From: Tolypothrix carrinoi HA7290-LM1
GTDB taxonomy: Bacteria; Cyanobacteriota; Cyanobacteriia; Cyanobacteriales; Nostocaceae
Length of the DNA stretch: 64,000 bases
Direction of reading: 5' to 3'
Assembly (NCBI GenBank): GCA_019358935.1
Contig: JAHHIK010000006.1
Location: forward strand, 32,001-96,000
Position numbers and translations under genes: made by a program. Positions 30,466-40,172 of this stretch are shown here, in pieces. The notes under the pieces were generated by a model, which was given only the letters and a program-made list of their open reading frames with translations, was not told the DNA's origin and searched no databases. The number at the start of each line of letters is the position of its first letter. Position 1 is the first letter of the stretch.

Positions 30466-30897
30466 TTAAACAGTGATATCTACAAGTTCGATATCGAAGA
30501 TTAAATCTTCTCCAGCTAATGGATGATTTGCATCTAAAGTAATTGTAGAATCAGAGATATTAGTGATCGTCACCGGAATAATTTGTCCAGAGGGTTGCTG
30601 AATTTGTAACTGCTGACCTACTTCTGGTTCCATTTCCGGGGGCATTTGGTCGCGTTCAACTTCTACTACCATTTCTGGACGATGTGAACCGTAAGCTTCC
30701 TCTACGGGGATTTTTGTAGTTTTTGATTCGCCAGTATTCATCCCCAAAACTGCCTGTTCAAATCCAGGAATGATTTCTCCTGCACCTATGGTGAACTGCA
30801 AAGGGTCACGCTCAGTAGAAGAATCAAATACTGTGCCATCTGTCAATTTGCCTGTGTAGTGAACCATTACAGTATCACCATTTTTTGCTTGTGCCAT
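30466..30897 (-). CDS. FKBP-type peptidyl-prolyl isomerase (SlyD-like)
   Basis: VHYTGKL.DG.VFDSS, IIPGFE, DANHPLAG; AGGAG RBS before ATG 30897. Confidence 0.93.
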   Translation of the reverse strand: MAQAKNGDTVMVHYTGKLTDGTVFDSSTERDPLQFTIGAGEIIPGFEQAVLGMNTGESKTTKIPVEEAYGSHRPEMVVEVERDQMPPEMEPEVGQQLQIQQPSGQIIPVTITNISDSTITLDANHPLAGEDLIFDIELVDITV

Positions 30898-31149
30898 TAA
30901 TTTTCTCCTGAGATTTTTTAGTAAGGAAAGCGTTGACGTATAAAGATACCATCTTAACGACCGAATATCCGGTAAGCGGTGGTTTATTTGACATCCAACG
31001 CTGACTTTCCTCATTAAAGGGTATAAGCGACTTGCAATGAAAAAAGTCCGCCAATTGGCAGACAATGTTTGCATGTCTATCCTGCGTGATGATTAAGAAA
31101 CTATATGCCGTGCAGTAGTTGACTAATCGCTTGTGAGTGTATTAAAAAA

Positions 31150-31893
31150 CTAAAATTTCTCTACAGCAGGTCGCAAATCAAGTTCTAAAGTCCAAGCGGT
31201 AGCATCTTGGTTGTAGAGTTGCCAATAATTTTGCGCGTAGACGCGGAGCGGCTTGTCGTCAGACATCGCCTCTGGTGAAAGTAGTGTGTGTTCTTCCCTT
31301 TGTGATGCCATTCTCCGCACTCTTTCGGTGTTAATCATACCATCAATGACGATATGAGCCACATGAATTCCTTGGGGACCAAATTCCCTTGCCAAGGACT
31401 GCGCGAGCGCTCTCAAGCCGAATTTACCCACCGCTAAAGCAGAAAACCTCGCAGAACCTTTAAGTGCAGCAGTCGCACCGGTTAATAAAATAGTTCCTCT
31501 ACCTTGTTCCACCATTGCGGGTAAAACTTGCTGTGCGGCAACAAAAGCGCCAAAACAATTCACTTTCCAGCTATTCTCAAATTGCTCTGGTGTAAGTTCT
31601 AGAATACCAGCCATTTGAAAAGCTCCGGCATTATAAACTAGAACTTCGGGCGCATCAAGTTGCGATTTTATCTGTGCAAAGGCATCTTTGATAGATGCAG
31701 CGTCAGTCACATCAGCCGGAAAAATCAACGCTGTCCCATTAGCAGCTTGAATTTCGCTTTGAATTTCGGTAAGTTGGTCAGCGTTTCTGGCAATCAATCC
31801 GACAGCAAAATTTTCACTTGCAAATTTATGAGCGATCGCACTTCCCAATCCAGGACCTGTGCCGACAACTACTGCAACTTTGAAACGGCTCAT
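31150..31893 (-). CDS. Short-chain dehydrogenase/reductase with a 27-nt in-frame insertion
   Basis: GTGPGLG, YNAG, KFGLRALAQSLARE; MSDDKPLRVY replaces Ile at 31238-31264. Confidence 0.9.
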   Translation of the reverse strand: MSRFKVAVVVGTGPGLGSAIAHKFASENFAVGLIARNADQLTEIQSEIQAANGTALIFPADVTDAASIKDAFAQIKSQLDAPEVLVYNAGAFQMAGILELTPEQFENSWKVNCFGAFVAAQQVLPAMVEQGRGTILLTGATAALKGSARFSALAVGKFGLRALAQSLAREFGPQGIHVAHIVIDGMINTERVRRMASQREEHTLLSPEAMSDDKPLRVYAQNYWQLYNQDATAWTLELDLRPAVEKF

Positions 31894-32025
31894 GTTAGGC
31901 TCCTAAAACGCTACACTCTTAAACTACCATTGCAGCCAGGACTTCAAGTGTTGCAAGCAAAGTTTTCAGCTTGACATTTCAAGCGATCGCCATATCTCTA
32001 GATTAGGCATTAAATGTATAATTAT

Positions 32026-33855
32026 TTAAGGTTTCTTTGTTCTTAACTTCGCCAAAATTTCCGCAATTTCCCGCCCTTTGATTTCAATAAAATCCAACAA
32101 TTCTTCTGGTGTACGGCTATCCTCTTCATTTTTAGCATTGGGGTTTACTGCTTTGAGGTCATACACTGCATCTTCTATCGCTTGGGCTTGGGCTTTTAGT
32201 TCTCTGGCTTCTTTTTCGTGTTCTTTAGCAGCTTGTTCTATTTGGTTATATTCCTCTGTTCCTTGCTGTTTGGCTTTTTTGAATGCAGCAAGTTGATCGC
32301 GCAATTTTCTGGCTTGTTCGTCGATATCTGCGGCTTTTTGTTTTAGGGGTGCGGCTTTTTCTGTGGCTTGACGTTTACGTTGTGTTATATCTACCGTCCA
32401 ACTTCTTTCGCTGTCACCTCTGGTGGGGAGTAAGCGGAAAAACTCTTCAAACTGCGTTTCGGTTAGGGGAGTGCGTTTTCCGACTTTAATATCTGATAGA
32501 TCGTAATACCAAATTTTTTCCGTGGGTTCGCCTTTGTGGAAAAATAAGATATTGGCTTTGACTCCTCCACCAGCAGCGACAAAGGTTCCTGCGGGTAAAC
32601 TGACGATACACCAGACGTTACACTCGTTAAGCAAGTTGCGTTTTGTGGAAACAAAAGCTGATTCGTTGGTGCGGAATAAAATGCCTTCGTCTAAAACTAT
32701 GCCACAACGACCCAACGCTTTTAAACTTTTGAAAGCGTGTTGTAAGAAAAGTACTTGAGTTGCGCTGGTTTGGTAAGCAAAACCTGTTTGTGCTTCTTTA
32801 CCTTCTTTGCCACCAAAGGGCGGATTCATTAAGATGACGTTATATAAATCTGGTGCGTCTGTGAATAAACCGCCATAGGTTTCGCCTCCGGTGAGGGTGT
32901 TACCATGCCAAATATGGGGTTCATCAATGCCGTGCAATACTAAATTAGCGATCGCAATTGGGTAGATGAGATTATCTTTCTCCCGTCCGTAAAATGTACG
33001 TCGCTTGAGTATTTCTAAATGTTCTGGTTTGGTGATTTTGCAGTTATTTTCGCCCCTCATGTGTTCGTAGGATTGCGCTAAGAAACCACCTGTACCGAGT
33101 CCGGGGTCATAAACAGTTTCGCCTATTTTGGGGTCGAGAACTTTCACCATCGCCCGAATAATGATGCGAGGAGTGAAGAATTGTCCGCCATCGTTACCCT
33201 TTTCACCCATTCTCAACAGCAATCCTTCAAAGACTTGGGAGAGGGGGAAAATATGGGTGTCGTCTACGGTTTCACTGCTGATTTCATGTATTTTGTCAAG
33301 AATATCCAGGAGATTTTTTTGGCTATCAATGCGAACGCGATCGATACCGGACATGACTTCGCTGATAACTTTCTGTTTTGGGGTTGCGTCTTTGCTATTT
33401 TTAAGTTGTTTGAGATAGGGAATTAAAATAAAATCTACCCAGACTTTGAAGGGTTCAGATAAAGCTGTATCTCTAAATTTATTGAGTTCCTCTACTTGTT
33501 GACTTTGTTCTGTAATTTGGTTGCGTTTCCAACCTTGGGGGCGTTGTTCGCTGTCAAGGTTAAATAGAGAGTTATCATAGGGTGCAGCCCAATCACGCCA
33601 ACGGTAAGGTATATCTAACGATGCGGTAAAGTTAAAACCGACAGCATCGGCGTTTTCTGCTTCTTCTTGTTCGCGTTCGTCGAGTATGCGTAAAAATAAA
33701 ATCCAGGTTAATTCGGGTATATATTGTAGCGCACCTGCACAGTTGGAACGGCGCATGATATCGCAAGCGCTGTAAATGTAGCTGTCGAGGCTTTGTTGGC
33801 TGGTGTATTTGCGATTGTTACCGTTACCGTTGTTTTTTTTGCGGGTTGCTGCCAT
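32026..33855 (-). CDS. hsdM: Type I R-M methyltransferase subunit M
   Basis: GQFFTPR, YDPGLGTGGFL, MNPPFGG. Confidence 0.95.
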   Translation of the reverse strand: MAATRKKNNGNGNNRKYTSQQSLDSYIYSACDIMRRSNCAGALQYIPELTWILFLRILDEREQEEAENADAVGFNFTASLDIPYRWRDWAAPYDNSLFNLDSEQRPQGWKRNQITEQSQQVEELNKFRDTALSEPFKVWVDFILIPYLKQLKNSKDATPKQKVISEVMSGIDRVRIDSQKNLLDILDKIHEISSETVDDTHIFPLSQVFEGLLLRMGEKGNDGGQFFTPRIIIRAMVKVLDPKIGETVYDPGLGTGGFLAQSYEHMRGENNCKITKPEHLEILKRRTFYGREKDNLIYPIAIANLVLHGIDEPHIWHGNTLTGGETYGGLFTDAPDLYNVILMNPPFGGKEGKEAQTGFAYQTSATQVLFLQHAFKSLKALGRCGIVLDEGILFRTNESAFVSTKRNLLNECNVWCIVSLPAGTFVAAGGGVKANILFFHKGEPTEKIWYYDLSDIKVGKRTPLTETQFEEFFRLLPTRGDSERSWTVDITQRKRQATEKAAPLKQKAADIDEQARKLRDQLAAFKKAKQQGTEEYNQIEQAAKEHEKEARELKAQAQAIEDAVYDLKAVNPNAKNEEDSRTPEELLDFIEIKGREIAEILAKLRTKKP

Positions 33856-33963
33856 TGGATGAACTCAAATTCACAACTATTCGATAAAATATTCAAAGTA
33901 AAATAGGCTTTTATCTAGTGTAATTAAGTTAGGATAAAAACAGATTTTAGAAGTAATTTAATT

Positions 33964-34629
33964 ATGGTAAGATTTTACTCCCAAATTGGCTTACCATCTA
34001 GCGATGAATTACCAGATTGTGACGGTTTACCTGTGGATAATGAATTACAAACTCTGGTTCCTAATTTTTTGGGTTTGATTATAGCTTTCATTTGGTCTAA
34101 TCGGTACGACTGGTTTTGGGGTGTGAATATGGGAATTTATCATACCACTGGTTTAAATCCCAGAGTTCCCATTGTTCCCGATGCTTTTCTCAGTTTGGGA
34201 GTGGAACGGACTAAGGGAAATAAATTACGCAAAAGTTATGTGGTGTGGGAGGAAAATGAGGTTGTCCCTAGTTTTATTTTAGAAGTTGTTTCCCAAACTC
34301 CCGGCGGAGAATATGATGATAAAATAAATGCTTATGCGCGAATGGGAGTGTTGTATTATGTTATTTACAATCCCGAATTTTGGCGCAGAGACCAGCACCA
34401 ACCTTTTGAGGTTTATCAGTTGGTAAATGGAGTTTATCAAAGTCAAATAGGTGAACCATTTTGGATGCCAGAAATTGGTTTAGGAATTGGGCGGAGTGTT
34501 GGCGAACATCTTGGTTTGCAGAGAGAGTGGTTATATTGGTATGACCAAAAAGGGAATCGTTTTTCTACTCCAGAGGAACTTTTAAATCGTTACCGCGAAC
34601 GTTTTGGTGAGTTAGCAGAAAATGAATAA
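33964..34629 (+). CDS. Uma2 family endonuclease
   Basis: LPDCDGLPVDNELQ, VPDAFLSLG, ILEVVSQTPGGEY. Confidence 0.9.
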   Translation: MVRFYSQIGLPSSDELPDCDGLPVDNELQTLVPNFLGLIIAFIWSNRYDWFWGVNMGIYHTTGLNPRVPIVPDAFLSLGVERTKGNKLRKSYVVWEENEVVPSFILEVVSQTPGGEYDDKINAYARMGVLYYVIYNPEFWRRDQHQPFEVYQLVNGVYQSQIGEPFWMPEIGLGIGRSVGEHLGLQREWLYWYDQKGNRFSTPEELLNRYRERFGELAENE

Positions 34630-34643
34630 GTATTTCCTTGCAT

Positions 34644-35897
34644 TTACAGTTCACCGTTGAATGCTTGACGGAGAAAGGCTGCTGGTAGTTGGTTGATCGC
34701 TTCGAGTTGTTTTTCTAGGGTTTTGCGGAGTTTTTTTACTTCTGTCATTTGTTGAGTTAAGGTTGCTGCTATGCATTTTTGTTCATTCATTGGAGGGATA
34801 GGAACAATAAGATTTTCTACAAACTCTTTCTGTACACCAGTTTGCCCAGCAGAACGTTGTGATTGAGCAGTGACAATTTCTTGTATACTAGGTTCTTGAA
34901 GTAGGTAGTATAAAAAGTCTTTCAACAAGTCTGCTTTGGGTACAGTCTTGATTAATGCTACGTTGTATGCGCCTGATAATCCACGCAAAATCTGGAATAT
35001 TGGCGGACCGTAGCGACCTATCATCACATCGCTTTCATCAAAGCTTCGTTTTGCTTCTTTTGCAGGTATATATACAGCCACATCAGACTTACGAAAATCT
35101 TGTATTTGAACTAATCTCACATAACCTGGAAATGGTTCATATTTGAAAGTATGTTTGGGAGGTTGCATTCCACCAATAAAGTCACACATATCTCCCAATC
35201 TTTTCCTTTCCCACTGCTGTGCTTCTGGGCTATTGAACACAGCGCGGAGATAGGATGCGGGGAGGTCTTTGGCGGCTTCTAATTGCGCGATCGCTTCTTT
35301 GCGTGCTTTCTCCACCCCTTCCATTTTTTCGCTCAAAATTGCCGCAATACGCTTCTGTTCATCCAGTGGTGGAAGTGGGAAACTCATATTTTCAACAACC
35401 CCTTTATTAATGTTGGGGTCTCTACGATTACCACTGCTATATTGCATCCACTCAGGTCTAATTAGTATTAGCCAAGCGTGCAATAATTCTGGTACAAAAG
35501 CATTAGGATTGGGCAAAATCGAACAAATTGCCTGGTTAGTGGTAGCAGGTAAACCTAAAATTCCTGATTTACCGATTGTGCCTCCCCCACCATACATAGC
35601 AACCATTACTGTGCCTACAGGGAGTAGTTCTCCCCGAATTTGCTCAAATGCTGATTCAGAGATACACTCTTCCGTTTCTCGAACAACATTACAATTTAAA
35701 TCCAGTGTCTTAACCCAGGGGATTGTACCTTTAAAATTTTCAGAAGTTCCCCGATGCGGTGTACCCCCACTAACAAGACGGCTAATTTCGCTTAACTTTA
35801 CCAATTGCCAACGATCAGGCAACTTTCTTTTACCATCCTCAAAACTAATTTCTTCCTGTTTCGTCACCCTACAAAAACCCTCTTCTTCATCTCCCAA
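34644..35897 (-). CDS. hsdS: Type I R-M specificity subunit S
   Basis: Two TRDs with PLPPLDEQKRIA and PIPPMNEQKCIA conserved regions; ends AFLRQAFNGEL. Confidence 0.93.
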   Translation of the reverse strand: MGDEEEGFCRVTKQEEISFEDGKRKLPDRWQLVKLSEISRLVSGGTPHRGTSENFKGTIPWVKTLDLNCNVVRETEECISESAFEQIRGELLPVGTVMVAMYGGGGTIGKSGILGLPATTNQAICSILPNPNAFVPELLHAWLILIRPEWMQYSSGNRRDPNINKGVVENMSFPLPPLDEQKRIAAILSEKMEGVEKARKEAIAQLEAAKDLPASYLRAVFNSPEAQQWERKRLGDMCDFIGGMQPPKHTFKYEPFPGYVRLVQIQDFRKSDVAVYIPAKEAKRSFDESDVMIGRYGPPIFQILRGLSGAYNVALIKTVPKADLLKDFLYYLLQEPSIQEIVTAQSQRSAGQTGVQKEFVENLIVPIPPMNEQKCIAATLTQQMTEVKKLRKTLEKQLEAINQLPAAFLRQAFNGEL

Positions 35898-36023
35898 AAC
35901 CTTCTTAATTAGCCATCACATCCCGACTTCCTACAACAACTTCCAGCACTTCTGAACTTTGCAAAGCTTGTTGATAAACTTTTTGTCTAATAGCTTGGTT
36001 CATCTTTTTATCCCCAATAATCT

Positions 36024-38393
36024 CTATGATGCTGCAAATATTCTCTCCTTAATTTCCCGCAACACATCACCCGGTTTACCCAAAACCTTCAACGCACCCC
36101 GATTCACCCCTAGAGTTTGAAAAATCAAGGGATTTTCTAAAGCTTCCGTTCCCCCACTGACAAACTGATTTACCAAAGCCTCAACAGTTTTCGCTGTAGC
36201 TTCCGGCATTTTATTCAGCCAGTCAGCGTGCTTGTAACTAAAAGCCTCAGCGCGATCGCTTTTGGTTTTAGGAGCCAAGCCAAAAGCAATATCCGCTAAA
36301 ATATCATACAAGTCATAGGCTCCCAATTGTTCCACAGTGGCAAATTCTCTCGGTGATACCCCTGCACTCACCAACTGCTTCAATAACTCCTGACGCTTTG
36401 TCGGGTTAACCCAGCTAACGCGAAACTCTTCTAAAGTGGGAATAATTTTTACCAAATTCGCTGCAATTTGTTCTTTATATTCCTCAAGAGAAATTCTCGT
36501 ATCTTCACCATCAACCTGAGAACGCATAAAGCGTCTACCGTCAGTCTCTTCCACCCAATCATCAGTATCCTGAATTTCCACAACTAGCGCAGAAACTCCC
36601 ATACCTCTACTGCTAGTTTGATTGGGAGTCCTTAATTTAGTGAGAAATTCTTCCCCAAATAACCTGGTCGCGTCAGTGTAATCGTAAACGCGAAACATCA
36701 ATTTATTTTCACTTAACCGCGTTCCCCGTCCCACCATTTGGTAAAAACTTATTGGGGAATTAATTTGATTGAAGAAAACAATATTACGGACTACTGGCAC
36801 ATCAACACCAGTAGTTAATAAATCAACGGTTGTCGCAATAAAGTGAGTGCGGGAACTCCCGCGAAAATCAGGTATTAATTCTTGCCCGCCACCTTTATCA
36901 GTACATTTAAATGCATAGCTTTCAACTCGTTGATGATGATTATTTTGACACCATTTAACGTAAATCCTTTCCATTGTTGTAGCGATGAAATCAGCATGGC
37001 GATCGCTATTACAAAAAATAATAGTTTTTTGCTCAACTCCACCTGTTTCTAGCAAGTATGTAAACAAGTCCTCACACCGGCGCTGTTCAAAATCGGGTAA
37101 CATCAATCGGGTTTGAATACGCCCTTTTTCAAAAAGCTTACGAATTTGTTCTTCATTTACTGGTAATCCCGTATCATAATCCACAGGATTTCTTGCCAAA
37201 ACATTTTCGACAGTCAATTTATCAAAATCAATCTTGACTCTACCTTCTTGAATTTCGCAAGCTGCTAAATAGCCATCTTCAACACCTTGAAGCATATCGT
37301 ATTCATAGACAGGCTCGCCAAAATACTTAATATTATTCGCCGTTATCTGCTCATCGGCTAAAACTTCTTTTGTTTTTTGAGCAACTTCAATTTGTCTAGG
37401 TGTCGCAGTCAAACCAATTTGCACAGCATTAGGGTTACGAGTCAGAACAATTGACCATTTCCCCCAAGCGGAACGGTGACACTCATCAATAATAATGTGA
37501 CTGAAGTAATTTTCTGGATAGTTATTGATTAAGAAACTCGCGTTATCATCATCTTTGGCTACCCCTAAAGTTTGGTAAGTAGCAATGAGAATTTGAGCAT
37601 TATTTTGGGGATTTCTGGAATCTACAACCGCAGCATTCGCACCAAAAATATTCTTAAAAGCTGTTGATGCTTGAGCGCGAAGTTCGTCTCGATCGCATAC
37701 AAAAAGTGCCTTTACCCTTTGTCCAGTATCTGCAATTCGCTTTAACAAATGTACCGCAATCCGAGTTTTACCCGCTCCCGTAGCCAGAGAAAGTAAAGCA
37801 CGTTTGGGCTGATTTTCTTTCTGGGAACGCGCAATTTTTTCTAAAACAGCCCGAATCGCAGCATCTTGATAATAGCGAACAGCCGAATCACCACCAGTAT
37901 AGGGAGTCAGCAACGCTTCCGCAACAGGTTCATCTAACTTGAAACCCAACCATTGCTCATAGCGAACGCGCAAATTTTGTACATCTGGAAACTCAGAAAG
38001 CTGTTTCGTTTCCGAAATAATCTCAGTAATTCGGTCATATTCTACAAATCTATGTCCATTCGTAGAATATACAAAAGGAACATGAAGCCGTCGAGCATAT
38101 TTTTTTGCTTGCTCGAGTCCAAGCATTGGTGAAAATTTCTCAGCCTTTGCTTCAATGACAGACGCACTCACAAGCTGCTTTTGAGGAGTCGGCTGAAGAC
38201 GTAAAACAATATCAGCCCTACCTTTTCTTTGTTGCCGAGGAACACCGTTAATAATCCTGATAGCACCAGCAGGAACCTCGCGTTTAATAACATCCTCTGT
38301 CCAGCCTTTTTTGTGGAGTGCTGGATTAATCAGTGTAGCGATAGTTTCTGCTTCATTAAGTTTACCGTCTTTGGTATATTCCTCACTAAACAA
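36024..38393 (-). CDS. hsdR: Type I R-M restriction subunit R (EcoEI/EcoAI-like, short)
   Basis: RADIVL...VIEAK nuclease motif, RYYQ, LATGAGKT, DECHRS, TATP, QMVGRGTR. Confidence 0.93.
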   Translation of the reverse strand: MFSEEYTKDGKLNEAETIATLINPALHKKGWTEDVIKREVPAGAIRIINGVPRQQRKGRADIVLRLQPTPQKQLVSASVIEAKAEKFSPMLGLEQAKKYARRLHVPFVYSTNGHRFVEYDRITEIISETKQLSEFPDVQNLRVRYEQWLGFKLDEPVAEALLTPYTGGDSAVRYYQDAAIRAVLEKIARSQKENQPKRALLSLATGAGKTRIAVHLLKRIADTGQRVKALFVCDRDELRAQASTAFKNIFGANAAVVDSRNPQNNAQILIATYQTLGVAKDDDNASFLINNYPENYFSHIIIDECHRSAWGKWSIVLTRNPNAVQIGLTATPRQIEVAQKTKEVLADEQITANNIKYFGEPVYEYDMLQGVEDGYLAACEIQEGRVKIDFDKLTVENVLARNPVDYDTGLPVNEEQIRKLFEKGRIQTRLMLPDFEQRRCEDLFTYLLETGGVEQKTIIFCNSDRHADFIATTMERIYVKWCQNNHHQRVESYAFKCTDKGGGQELIPDFRGSSRTHFIATTVDLLTTGVDVPVVRNIVFFNQINSPISFYQMVGRGTRLSENKLMFRVYDYTDATRLFGEEFLTKLRTPNQTSSRGMGVSALVVEIQDTDDWVEETDGRRFMRSQVDGEDTRISLEEYKEQIAANLVKIIPTLEEFRVSWVNPTKRQELLKQLVSAGVSPREFATVEQLGAYDLYDILADIAFGLAPKTKSDRAEAFSYKHADWLNKMPEATAKTVEALVNQFVSGGTEALENPLIFQTLGVNRGALKVLGKPGDVLREIKERIFAAS

Positions 38394-38712
38394 AATACTT
38401 ACTCCCAGGTAAAAAATATTTCCCTATATCCTGGCTGCGATCGCTCGTTGCAGTCAAGGTTTAATAGGGACACTTTTTGCCTTACTTAGTAAGTTGTGAT
38501 TTTAACCTTGATAATTTTTGTCTAATCACCCCAACGCCTAAAATATTGTCAATAAGCAAGCCTTAATGCGATATTTTTTCGCTTTATTGATACTGTGGGG
38601 TTCTTATTGACAAGATGGGCTTACCCTGCATTAATTTGTTAACGAGCAGTAGCCATTCGACGACATTAATCTGTTAACGACGACAAATAAGAGCGTTATT
38701 CGACACCAAAAA

Positions 38713-38786
38713 TCGGGATGACTGGATTCGAACCAGCGGCCCCTTCGTCCCGAACGAAGTGCGCTACCAAGCTGCGCTACATCCCG
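38713..38786 (-). tRNA. trnP: tRNA-Pro (anticodon CGG)
   Basis: CGGGATGTAGCGCAGCTTGGTAGCGCACTTCGTTCGGGACGAAGGGGCCGCTGGTTCGAATCCAGTCATCCCGA folds as a cloverleaf; CCA not encoded. Confidence 0.97.
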
Positions 38787-38848
38787 CCATAAAAATGGCA
38801 TACCAAACACAGCATAACATGAAGAGTGATGAATTACAAACTATATAA

Positions 38849-39025
38849 GGAGACAAGGGGGACAAGGGGGACAAGGGGGACAAGGGGGACAAGGGGGACA
38901 AGGGGGACAAGGGGGACAAGGGGGACAACTAACTCCTAACTCCTAACCCCTAACAACTAACCACTAACTCCTAACTCCTAACTCCTAACTCCTAACTCCT
39001 AACTCCTAACTCTTAGCTCCCAACT
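38849..39025. repeat. (GGGGGACAA)n and (TAACTCC)n tandem repeats
   Basis: About 8 copies of the 9-mer, then a heptamer run. Confidence 0.9.
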
Positions 39026-39076
39026 TCCCGCAAGCTTGCTACCATAAACGAATGTATATCTCGATAGAAGCGGATT

Positions 39077-39955
39077 GTGACAGTTAAACCAGACTGGTTG
39101 CGGGTAAAAGCCCCTCAATGGGAGCGCGTCGGTAATGTTAAAGAAATTTTGCGGGATTTAGCCCTCAATACCGTTTGCGAAGAAGCATCTTGTCCGAATA
39201 TTGGTGAATGCTTCAATGCTGGTACTGCCACGTTTTTGATTATGGGACCAGCTTGTACACGCGCTTGTCCTTACTGTGATATTGATTTTGAGAAAAAACC
39301 CAAAGCATTAGACCCCACTGAACCCGCACGATTAGCAGAAGCAGTAAGACGCATGAAATTAAATCATGTGGTAATCACTTCTGTAAACCGCGATGATTTA
39401 CCCGATGGTGGTGCTTCTCAATTTGTTCGTTGTCTTGAAGGAATTCGCACTGTCTCACCTCACACCACAATTGAGGTGTTAATTCCTGACTTGTGTGCTA
39501 ACTGGGATGCTTTGGCGGTAATTTTACAAGCTGCCCCAGAAGTGCTAAACCACAATACCGAAACAGTTCCGCGTTTATATCGTCGAGTACGTCCCCAAGG
39601 TAATTATGAAAGGACGTTGGAATTAATTAGGCGATCGCGTCAACTTGCACCGAAAATTTACACCAAATCCGGTATCATGGTTGGACTCGGTGAAACTGAT
39701 GAGGAAATCCGCGCTTGTATGCAAGATTTGCGGAATGTAGATTGCGATATCTTGACAATTGGACAATATCTCCAACCCAGTCAAAAGCATCTGAAAGTCG
39801 ATAACTTCATTCATCCAGAACAATTCGCTGCTTGGAAAGCTTTCGGTGAAGAAATCGGATTTTTACAAGTTGTTTCCTCCCCATTGACAAGAAGTTCATA
39901 TCATGCAGAGCAGGTTAGGGAATTAATGGAACGGTATCCAAAGGGTGAGGAGTGA
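39077..39955 (+). CDS. lipA: Lipoyl synthase
   Basis: [34 protein letters not shown]. Confidence 0.97.
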   Translation: MTVKPDWLRVKAPQWERVGNVKEILRDLALNTVCEEASCPNIGECFNAGTATFLIMGPACTRACPYCDIDFEKKPKALDPTEPARLAEAVRRMKLNHVVITSVNRDDLPDGGASQFVRCLEGIRTVSPHTTIEVLIPDLCANWDALAVILQAAPEVLNHNTETVPRLYRRVRPQGNYERTLELIRRSRQLAPKIYTKSGIMVGLGETDEEIRACMQDLRNVDCDILTIGQYLQPSQKHLKVDNFIHPEQFAAWKAFGEEIGFLQVVSSPLTRSSYHAEQVRELMERYPKGEE

Positions 39956-39994
39956 GGATTTAGTGAGCGTTTTTGGGTTTGGGGCGATCGCGTT

Positions 39995-40081
39995 TTATAA
40001 CGATGCGGTTCAGCGGCAGCAAGTAACCTTGAACTGCCACTGACAACCTCTATTCCTTCCGCAGAATACGCATTGTTAGAT
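39995..40081 (+). other. attC-like (integron cassette recombination site-like) hairpin
   Basis: TTATAAC...GTTAGAT ends with imperfect stem TAAC-GATGCG-G-TTC-A-GCGG / CCGC-A-GAA-TA-CGCATT-GTTA; 87 bp. Confidence 0.5.
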
Positions 40082-40172
40082 ACCCGTTAGCCTATCTGTA
40101 TTGTTTAAACTCAAAGTGGTAGACTTGACCTTTATCTATATCTAAGAGTAATCTGTATTCCCGATACCCAAA

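Noticed and set aside
31900..38786. Intact integrative element at tRNA-Pro
   Set aside because: No integrase, and no duplicate of the tRNA 3' end found at the far side of the hsd genes.
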